DNA of 63,505 nt, the filler included, from Octopus bimaculoides (lineage: Eukaryota), in the NCBI RefSeq assembly GCF_001194135.2. It is 5 parts of 5 records of this genome, joined end to end, with 100 filler letters (N's around TTAATTAATTAA, not from the genome) between each part and the next. Parts side by side here need not be neighbours in the genome. Positions count along the whole stretch, not along the records: positions 42,841 to 61,947 come from NC_068986.1; positions 62,048 to 63,505 come from NW_026432704.1; 3 more parts are not named here. One strand, given 5' to 3'. A model generated the notes under the pieces. That model did not search any database. It was not told the origin of the DNA and saw only the letters and a program-made list of their open reading frames with translations. Shown here one piece after another: positions 53,671 through 63,505 of this stretch (positions are counted from its first letter, which is position 1; each line of letters opens with the position of its first letter). The translations under genes were made by a program, and so were the position numbers.

Positions 53671-54359
53671 TATATTAAATGATATCTAGCTCTCACTGGA
53701 TAGAGTATCTTTTCATTGATCCCACTATTAGCGGAACAGCACATTATGTGTGTGTGGGTGTGCGCGCGCGTGTGTTGGGGTGTGTGTGTGTGTCTATATA
53801 TGCATATAAGACACTATAAAAAAATGTCGATGGAAGCACGATTATAAAAACACCAAGTTCTTGACTAATTCAAGTTTAATAAGACCAATCTTTTGGTATT
53901 TGAAGAATATGATCTGTTTAATTGTAACATTGATATATTTTAGAGGAAAATTAATGATGTTTTTGGTGTTGTGTCCTCTTTGGATTAGACCAATCCTAAA
54001 CACCTACTCTTCTATAGATTTCTAGCTTTACCATGTTATTTGTCCTTTTGATTCTAAGAATGATGCCGTTTAAAGCATTTACCACGACATGGTGGTAAGT
54101 TAGATTATGAGGTTCTTAATATCGATCTGACATATAAATTATAAGATTCCAAAGGCGGGTAAAAAAAGAAAGCGAAGTGATACAACTGATAAAATCACAA
54201 GGGCAGATCAAAGGAACGAACTTAACTTGAAATCAACGGCTATGAAGGTGATTGAGAGATCATGCGACTCGAATTACCAGAAAAAGAAAAGAAACAAAAA
54301 TAGTAAGTAAGAAAATCTAATGAATGAGAGATTGTCTCGACGTGGTCCTAATCACTGAC

Positions 54360-54580
54360 CGAATTTTTTGACCATCAGATTATTTCTTTGTAATGTGATC
54401 TCATCTCTACCATTGTCGATAACATCGCTATTTATTTTGCCTTAACGAACATTCCAGCGTCACTCGTCACGGTTATTAGCGTCATTTATCCACCCTCCAC
54501 TCCCCCAAACACCAGCGACTGCCATCACAATCGCCATCATCATTATCATCACTAACATTATTCTCTTGAAATATCATCAT
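54360..54580 (+). repeat. Unclassified repeat E, copy 3
   Basis: GATAACATCGCTATTTATTTTGCCTTAACGAACATTCCAGCGTCACTCGTCACGGTTATTAGC. Confidence 0.88.
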
Positions 54581-55465
54581 TTTAACAGCGCTTTAGAGCT
54601 ACAGGTAGATATATATATATATATATANNNNNNNNNNNNNNNNNNNNNNNNNNNNNNNNNNNNNNNNNNNNNNNNNNNNNNNNNNNNNNNNNNNNNNNNN
54701 NNNNNNNNNNNNNNNNNNNNNNNNNNNNNNNNNNNNNNNNNNNNNNNNNNNNNNNNNNNNNNNNNNNNNNNNNNNNNNNNNNNNNNNNNNNNNNNNNNNN
54801 NNNNNNNNNNNNNNNNNNNNNNNNNNNNNNNNNNNNNNNNNNNNNNNNNNNNNNNNNNNNNNNNNNNNNNNNNNNNNNNNNNNNNNNNNNNNNNNNNNNN
54901 NNNNNNNNNNNNNNNNNNNNNNNNNNNNNNNNNNNNNNNNNNNNNNNNNNNNNNNNNNNNNNNNNNNNNNNNNNNNNNNNNNNNNNNNNNNNNNNNNNNN
55001 NNNNNNNNNNNNNNNNNNNNNNNNNNNNNNNNNNNNNNNNNNNNNNNNNNNNNNNNNNNNNNNNNNNNNNNNNNNNNNNNNNNNNNNNNNNNNNNNNNNN
55101 NNNNNNNNNNNNNNNNNNNNNNNNNNNNNNNNNNNNNNNNNNNNNNNNNNNNNNNNNNNNNNNNNNNNNNNNNNNNNNNNNNNNNNNNNNNNNNNNNNNN
55201 NNNNNNNNNNNNNNNNNNNNNNNNNNNNNNNNNNNNNNNNNNNNNNNNNNNNNNNNNNNNNNNNNNNNNNNNNNNNNNNNNNNNNNNNNNNNNNNNNNNN
55301 NNNNNNNNNNNNNNNNNNNNNNNNNNNNNNNNNNNNNNNNNNNNNNNNNNNNNNNNNNNNNNNNNNNNNNNNNNNNNNNNNNNNNNNNNNNNNNNNNNNN
55401 NNNTATACATATATATATATTCATACATATATATACATACGTATATATACGCAATCATGCACACA

Positions 55466-55520
<55 letters not shown>

Positions 55521-55693
55521 ACAAGGACTTGACTTCGCCCGGAAAATACAAAAATCTCACTTTATCGATTATAATCATTAAATAAGTTCAGAAAAATTGA
55601 CTCAAAGACTTCGAGCAAGATCTAGTTTCTAAACGATAGCACCACATCAACTAAATCATCGTTGTTGTTGTTGTTGTTATCATCATTATTATT

Positions 55694-55906
55694 AAGGCGG
55701 CGAGCTGGCAGAATCGTTAGCACGTCGGATAAATTACTTAGCAGCATTTCGTCCGTCGTTACCTTCTGTGTTCAAATTCCGCCGAGGACGACTTTGCATT
55801 TCATCCTTTCAGGGTTGATGCTATAAGCACCCGTTATGCACTGGGGTCAATGTAATCGACTCAATCCCTTCCCCCAAATTTGAGGTCTTGTGCTACCAGT
55901 AGAAAG

Positions 55907-55954
<48 letters not shown>

Positions 55955-55975
55955 TACTACTACTACTACTACTAC
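55694..55975 (+). mobile_element. SINE family B, full length, with (ATT)n(ACT)n tail
   Basis: AAGGCGGCGAGCTGGCAGAATCGTTAGCAC...GTTCAAATTCCGCCGAGG...GTAGAAAGC followed by (ATT)n. Confidence 0.92.
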
Positions 55976-56646
55976 TCTTCATTTGATGAGTTGTTCCCTG
56001 TCGTTAGTGGCACATAATCTTATTAAATATTATCTTTGAGCGTTTCACATTAAAAGTATTCAATGCTATCAGATGACAGAATGTGTGTGTTGCAAAACAA
56101 TTGAGTCATTTACTTTCCTCCCCAAGAGAATAACGATAAACTTCAACATCAATATGAGCAACATGAGCATTCAAGCCATGGCTTCAGTCTAGAGTGGGGA
56201 TTTTCCTCCCTTCTTCTAACGAAAATGTTCAGGGATGCTGCCCTCCCCACACCACCACTCTGACTAAGGCAATAAAACAAACAAACAAACAAACAAACAA
56301 AAAGAATGTACCCACAGAAAACTAAAAACAAAGCGAAAAAATTGACAGCTTTATTTATTGATCAACCTAACATCATTAATACGTTTGTACACGTGGCTAC
56401 GTCAACTAATTAAGAAAAGTGACAAATGCGCGTGCATCCTAACTTATTGATCACGTGATCTGATCTCTTTTTTTTTTTTAGCAAAATAGAACAGCTACCA
56501 TTATGGAAATATGATTGCAAATCTAACATGCTGGATGTCTTTGATTTATCATCAATATATTTTGCCGATGCATATATCTATGTATGTATGTATGTATGTA
56601 TATACGTACGTACGTATGCATACAAGCATACATACATACATATATA

Positions 56647-56701
<55 letters not shown>

Positions 56702-57149
56702 TATATGTATAAATAAATATATATNNNNNNNNNNNNNNNNNNNNNNNNNNNNNNNNNNNNNNNNNNNNNNNNNNNNNNNNNNNNNNNNNNNNNNNNNNNN
56801 NNNNNNNNNNNNNNNNNNNNNNNNNNNNNNNNNNNNNNNNNNNNNNNNNNNNNNNNNNNNNNNNNNNNNNNNNNNNNNNNNNNNNNNNNNNNNNNNNNNN
56901 NNNNNNNNNNNNNNNNNNNNNNNNNNNNNNNNNNNNNNNNNNNNNNNNNNNNNNNNNNNNNNNNNNNNNNNNNNNNNNNNNNNNNNNNNNNNNNNNNNNN
57001 NNNNNNNNNNNNNNNNNNNNNNNNNNNNNNNNNNNNNNNNNNNNNNNNNNNNNNNNNNNNNNNNNNNNNNNNNNNNNNNNNNNNATATATATATATATAT
57101 AATATATATATGCATATATACATACATATATGTACATACCTGCATATAT

Positions 57150-57335
57150 ACTTGCATATATGGCTACAGGACGTCAAAAAAACGTGAACAAAATGAAAAA
57201 CGAGAACATAAAAAGCAAAAACATGGAAAACGAACTTTCTTTCGAACAACTAAAGAAACAAATAGAGAAACAAAACAACATAAAGAACAATCCCTTCATC
57301 AGTTGTCCCCTGTTTTATCTACTCCGCGTTTCGAA
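57150..57335 (-). repeat. Unclassified repeat D, copy 2
   Basis: Minus strand TTCGAAACGCGGAGT..CTGATGAAGGGATTGTTCTTTATGTTG...GACGTCCTGTAGCC. Confidence 0.6.
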
Positions 57336-57398
57336 CTAGATAGATAGATACATACATACATACATACATACATACATACATACATACATACATACATA

Positions 57399-57614
57399 CG
57401 AGGCGTGCTGCAAAGTTCCTGTCTTTGGAGGTGTCGTGAAAGGCCTGGCTGGAGGCCCAACTTTCCGAGTTCTTTTAAAAGGCTTAGAAAAACTAAAGGG
57501 CCGCTGCAATAAGCCTGTGAATTTGAAAGGGGAATATGTTGAATAAAATCATAATCCACTGATCGTCCCGTATTTTCTTTTACCAAACACCAGGAAATTT
57601 TCAGCACCCCCTCG
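57399..57614 (+). mobile_element. Mariner-derived MITE (216 bp)
   Basis: TA|CGAGGCGTGCTGCAAAGTTCCTG inverted to CCAGGAAATTTTCAGCACCCCCTCG. Internal KGLEKLKGRCNKPVNLKGEYVE* resembles the mariner C-terminus (GI.KL..RW.KC...G.YVE). Confidence 0.85.
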
Positions 57615-58065
57615 TGTGTGTGTATATATAAATACACATACACACACGCACATACACACTCAGGCATANNNNNNNNNNCGCGCTGTCCGTCTATGAATGT
57701 GCTTATGCGTCTGTATGATTTTTGTAATATATCGGACCTGATATGATATTTTTCATCTCATTCTGTCTCTTTATCTTTAGTTGTTTGCGCATCTCCCTGG
57801 GCCTGGATACATTTTATTCCTTTACTCTGTCTCGCTCTCTTCCTCTTTGTCTGTCTGCCTCTCTCTCTATCTCTCTCTCTCTCTCACTCACTCTCCCACC
57901 TCTCTCTCACTGCAACTGTTTTGCTATATTTCTCACTCTTTATCTCTCTTTTTTCGTCTGCAAATCTCTCCCAGCTCTCTGCTTCCATATCTCCTTTATT
58001 TCTGAATATCAAATTGTGTGTGTGTGCGTCTATGCGCGCGTGTTTGTGTGTGTATGTGTTATTTT

Positions 58066-58358
58066 TTTACTACCCACAAGGAGCTACACACAGAGGGGAC
58101 AAACAAGGACAAACAAACGGATTAAGTTGACCATATCGACCCCAGTGCGTAACTGGTACTTATTTAATCGACCCCTAAAGGATGAAAGGCAAAGTCGACC
58201 TCTGAGGAATTTCTGAGTTCAAATTCCGCCGAGGTCGACTTTGCGTTTCATCCTTTCGGGGTCGATTAAATAAGTACCAGTTACGCACTGAGGTCGAGGT
58301 AATCGACTTAATCCCTTTGTTTGTCCCCTCTGTGTTTAGCCCCCTGTGGGCAATAAAG
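58066..58358. repeat. Head-to-head pair of 5'-truncated SINE B copies forming an inverted repeat
   Basis: Arms 58066-58212 and 58221-58358, 8-nt spacer CTGAGTTC. Confidence 0.95.
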
Positions 58359-59629
58359 AGATGTATGTATATATATATATATATATATATATNNNNNNNN
58401 NNNNNNNNNNNNNNNNNNNNNNNNNNNNNNNNNNNNNNNNNNNNNNNNNNNNNNNNNNNNNNNNNNNNNNNNNNNNNNNNNNNNNNNNNNNNNNNNNNNN
58501 NNNNNNNNNNNNNNNNNNNNNNNNNNNNNNNNNNNNNNNNNNNNNNNNNNNNNNNNNNNNNNNNNNNNNNNNNNNNNNNNNNNNNNNNNNNNNNNNNNNN
58601 NNNNNNNNNNNNNNNNNNNNNNNNNNNNNNNNNNNNNNNNNNNNNNNNNNNNNNNNNNNNNNNNNNNNNNNNNNNNNNNNNNNNNNNNNNNNNNNNNNNN
58701 NNNNNNNNNNNNNNNNNNNNNNNNNNNNNNNNNNNNNNNNNNNNNNNNNNNNNNNNNNNNNNNNNNNNNNNNNNNNNNNNNNNNNNNNATATATATATAT
58801 ATATATATATATATAATTCTCTCGAACGTCCACCAAGCAGTGACCAGCTTGGTGTTAGTAGATTTACTACTTTATACAGTGGAGCAACACTTTCCTGTTT
58901 TTCATTTGCTTACAACGAATTTTGTGAAGTTCAACGTCAATCATTAGTAAGGTAAGTGGAGCGTTTAAGAGGATTTTCTACTGCTTTGCAGACCGTAAAA
59001 CATTATAAAAATAGTTTCATACAATTGCCTATAATAACTTGTAGGTCCATGAATATTTCTGTTTATCCGTTACTGAAGACAATATTTGACTAAATACTTC
59101 TATAAAAAAAATTTTTAAATCTCATTCGATATTTGCCCTAAAGTTCATTCTTTTAGAAGTTTCTTATGGTTGCAGACAAAATATTAAAAATCAACATTTG
59201 CCGTAGTAGCTAGTTATCTTTAGAATGTACAAGGACTAGACTTTTACTTGTGGTATTTCTATTCAATGACCTTTGCAAGTAAAGTTACATGTATAATAAG
59301 AGTACATGAATAGAATAAAGCTACATACGTGTAATTAGGTGCTTTTAGCAAAGTTAGATTCAACGTTAATTCGCCCGAGCGCAAAGGTCAGTGGCATGTG
59401 TTAGCGGAGTGGCTGTATGGCACAGTGATGTTAGTATGGCGGAGTGATGGTATAGAAGAGGAATGACGCCTACGTTGTTTCGGATGATTTGTCATTCGTA
59501 TCAGCCAATACAATTAGTGGTTGTTGACACAAAGAACATATAGTTAACGAGGGACATTGACAAGCAACTCGCTTTCATACATACATATATGTGGGCACGT
59601 GTGTGTGTACATACGCATATACATTCTAT

Positions 59630-59674
<45 letters not shown>

Positions 59675-59677
<3 letters not shown>

Positions 59678-59900
59678 GGTGCAATGGATAAATTGTCGCC
59701 ATTTTATTTTTATTTAATTTCGTGCATGTGCATTGTTTGCTTTTGATTTTGTCGACTACACAGTATAGTAGGGTCAGTTGAGCACCGACTGTGAGAAAAA
59801 CAACACTATGATGCAATTCACTCTACCACAAATTTCGATACGATATGCTGTACTGTTTGGTATTCGCGCCGGAAGCTCTAATACGAACATTTCAGAGTAA
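59675..59900 (+). mobile_element. Probable 5' end of a Tc1/mariner-type transposon
   Basis: (TA)n|CAGGGTGC terminus; ATG at 59808 gives MMQFTLPQISIRYAVLFGIRAGSSNTNISE*, resembling the first helices of a transposase HTH. No matching right TIR seen. Confidence 0.5.
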
Positions 59901-60876
59901 CTACTTAAATGATTTCATATTTGTTAATATATTTGATTATATTAATATTATTTGTACCAGATGATGAATAGCAAAATCTATTTTTTAAATAATTTCGTCC
60001 ATTAGCCTAACATTTTACAAGTATATCTTAGCCAAAACATACTCATATATAAACAAAGCGGTATATTATAGGTTTTAGTGAATTATTTTTATTCATGATA
60101 AGGAATTTCACAATTGTAATTGAAAAGAAAAATATTTGCCTTACAAATAGCAGAATTGAGTGTTTTATTGACTGAAGGTTTGTGTAAAATATTATGCCTA
60201 CCTCAAACATAAATAGGTTCAAATTGTAAAAGGGACAATATTCAATAAGTCGAAATAGGCTTACGACAGAATTAACTGCATTACTTACTGAATGTTTTAG
60301 TAACTTCGTCACTATTTTTCACTTTTCTCTTTCTTCTGCCAGGCTCTCCTTTTCTATCGTTTTCCTTTCCTTTCATCATACAGCTTATCGTTATATTTGA
60401 GAGTGAAATATTCATGGCTGTTTGTTTTTCGGTGGCGTGCAACGAAAAATAAACTTTGATCAGAAATAGTGCACAAAACTTACTTGCCCTTACTTTGCAC
60501 ATGTGAATTCAATGAGTAAACAAAATAAATTTTCTGTGTTTATTCCGTTTCTCCAGGCAAATAACTTGAGAGTCATTTTGATCTGAAGGTAGTGTGTGAC
60601 GAACGGGCGGATGGACAAAGAAACACGGCTCATATCCTTATATAAACTATTGGTAAGCAGTGTTTGCTTGAGCAGATATCTTATTTCAACAAGATCTTTA
60701 ATTTTCCGTTACTGATAATGTTGACAAGACAACATACGCTTGTTCAACATCAGAAGAGTCAGATTAATTTTCAAGGAAACACATCACAGAAGTACAACTA
60801 CTCTATACAAAAACAACTACCAACTACAAGATCTTAAAATTCTCTATAATTGTTGTTTCAATCACTTATATTTCAT

Positions 60877-60960
60877 AGCCTAACCGCTACCACTCATTTC
60901 AGAGCCTAACCGCTACCACTCATTTCAGAGCCTAACCATCAACATTCATACATTTCAAAC
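60877..60960. repeat. 26-bp tandem duplication, about 2.5 units (AGAGCCTAACCGCTACCACTCATTTC)
   Basis: Direct read of the sequence. Confidence 0.9.
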
Positions 60961-61141
60961 GTAACTAAGACTGCCATATCGTACATAGAATTGGAATATA
61001 ATCGCATACTAACTTCCACTAAAGTTTTGCTTAAAACATTGCTACTTCTCTTGCACATACATACACATATTTTCTCTCCTCTCTTAGAGATACACATACA
61101 CACGTACATGCATATGTAAGACGGCGAATTGGTAGAATCGT

Positions 61142-61183
<42 letters not shown>

Positions 61184-61434
61184 AAATGCAGTACTTGGTC
61201 TGACTCGTTAGGCCCTGAACCTCTACAACGACAGTAAAGCCAAGTTGCATCGGCCTTTGTCTTTTCCTTGGACAACTTTGGTCTCACGAAGAAGAGAGAC
61301 TAACTACTGGCCTGGCACTAACTGTCAGAGGATATGTGTGTGTGTTTACACACAAACACACACACAAACATATATATATAATTGAAAACATTGGAGTGAA
61401 CAAGAAGGGGTATGATTAGACATTTACTTTTTAA

Positions 61435-61704
61435 TCACTAGAATTGTTTCCACGTAAGGAGTGCAGGTACTTGATTGTTGTGTTTCCTCCGGCGACGTGT
61501 AAATATTACCTCCATAAGTTTGAAATCCTCGGCCCTTCAGCAACAAAACATTCTGATGAGATTAGCGACTACTAAGTCCAGGCCACAACAGACAGAAGGG
61601 ATGTTCTTGAAGTCAAGACTAAATCTCATAATGCAGGGAAACAGTTGCATAAACAAGTACCTCCACTCCTGGAGAACTACATTGCGTGGAAACAATTGTA
61701 GTGA
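61435..61704. mobile_element. MITE with TCACTA termini between TTAA sites
   Basis: TTAA|TCACTAGAATTGTTTCCACGTAA ... TTGCGTGGAAACAATTGTAGTGA|TTAA; 21 of the first 23 positions pair. Confidence 0.8.
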
Positions 61705-61899
61705 TTAAAAAAATAAATGTCAAACCGTACCCCTTCTTGTTGAGTCCAACTTTTTTCAATTATCTATTCACACACGACAGATGCTCAATCGTAAACTTGG
61801 AAGTACGTATAATACTACGACTGGATATCACAGGGTTAATCTGAAGATGGACGCGCTTTATACTGTACTTTACTACGTTCTTAACAGAATATACCGTAG

Positions 61900-61947
<48 letters not shown>

Positions 61948-62489
61948 NNNNNNNNNNNNNNNNNNNNNNNNNNNNNNNNNNNNNNNNNNNNTTAATTAAT
62001 TAANNNNNNNNNNNNNNNNNNNNNNNNNNNNNNNNNNNNNNNNNNNNACACACACACACACACATATATATATTTATATATATATATATATATATATCAA
62101 CATTTTGTTTTTTCATTCCATATTTCGTAACATAGATAAGTCATGTCGTCCTCGCTGTCACCGTCGTCGGCGGCGGCCGCCGCGGTGGCGTGATCTTCGT
62201 CGTCGTCATCATCATCATCATCATAACTAACGTCTGAGACAACGTAATCGAGATGATAGAGAGGTTTGTTTTCTCAACAACTTTTAACAAAACAATAAAC
62301 AATTATTCATGGACATCTGTTTGACCTGAAGTGGAAAATATTAATACGACGATTATAATTTTCTGTGCAAACACACACACACACACACTCATACGCATGC
62401 TTATGCGTATATGCGTGCACATATATGTATCTGTTTGTGTGTATGTGTGTATCATCTATGTATGTAATATATGTGTATGTTTATTTGTG

Positions 62490-62554
<65 letters not shown>

Positions 62555-62764
62555 ATACATGTACGTATTTATATACGTATGTGTATATATGACTATTTTT
62601 CTATAATGCACTATGCTATATATATAAATATATATATACATACACACACAAGTGTATCTAAATATGAGTATCTAATCTTCTATGCATATATACATAAACT
62701 TGCTTATATATGTGTGTGTATATATGTATACGTATACATCTATGCATGTGTATACTTATGTGTT

Positions 62765-62802
<38 letters not shown>

Positions 62803-63505
62803 CATGCGTTCTTACATCTTGCATAATTACATACATACATACATACATACGCGTGTACGTATGTAAACGAAAATAAGTTGGCAACGACGGTTTCATTTTA
62901 ATTTTGCAGCCATTAATAACTCTTTAAGGGTCCTTAAAATTTACAAACACCCGTTTGTAACAATAAGTATTGAGTTCGTTTCTGAGATAAAGGACAACAG
63001 TTCAAACCTTGATAAACAAATAATTAAGCCATTGCCGCAAACAACAACATTGACAACACCAGCAGCTACATCGACAAGAACACCTACAACGGCAGTTGCA
63101 GTTGTATGGGCAACGCTTACATCGCCATCAACAATTTATATAACAAACGGCTATTGACAATATACCCGCAACACGAGAGAATTTCAACAGCAAAAATATA
63201 TAAAAGACAATGTCACAAATTTGAAGAGGATGTTATTTTCATGGGATGAAATGAATGTCCCGATCCCGGGTGAAGGTTCTGGCAGCCTCAAGCATAATGT
63301 GCCAAGCGGGGACGCTACTTGATGTGTTTAGAATATTAGAAATGAAAAGGAAAATTTCTATTTAGTAATAACCGATAAAAATGTGTGTTGGTTGATAGTT
63401 TGATTTAGATCTTCAGTCACGCTTTACATTGTATGGAGAGAGTTAAAGAGAAATGCAGTGAACGCTAACATAAGTGATGCAGGACACACACACACACACA
63501 CACAC

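Noticed and set aside
1753-62876. Most ORFs in the track (YI, HT, CV, SL repeats, poly-X)
   Set aside because: They are translations of dinucleotide or tetranucleotide microsatellites and N gaps.
63191-63322. Possible terminal exon QKYIKDNVTNLKRMLFSWDEMNVPIPGEGSG
   Set aside because: Weak acceptor and no recognisable homology.

Overview
Very AT-rich, microsatellite-saturated eukaryotic DNA with many N gaps. Four 100-nt gaps carry an assembly spacer (44 N + TTAATTAATTAA + 44 N). The two dominant tRNA-derived SINE families and the overall texture point to an octopus (coleoid cephalopod) genome; this is inferred from repeat recognition, not a search. I can support no intact host protein-coding gene, rRNA, tRNA or CRISPR array, and almost all ORFs in the track are microsatellite or gap artefacts. 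The window is a transposon graveyard. It holds a near full-length, intron-containing, pseudogenised Tc1 (DD34E) element at 18.2-19.7 kb, 3' ends of two restriction-like-endonuclease LINE clades (R4/Dong-like at 3.0-3.3 kb and 46.4 kb; HERO-like at 34.7-35.2 kb), a Penelope GIY-YIG remnant, a CR1/L2-group RT remnant, a mariner MITE, a TTAA/CACTA-ended MITE, about 30 SINE copies or fragments and several unclassified repeats. The best leads are the spliceosomal intron in the Tc1 transposase, repeated use of (TAA)n/(TTA)n arrays as landing sites, a 140-bp-arm SINE fold-back, a stem-loop shared by both SINE families, and weak hammerhead-ribozyme-like remnants. I found no convincing new multi-gene system.
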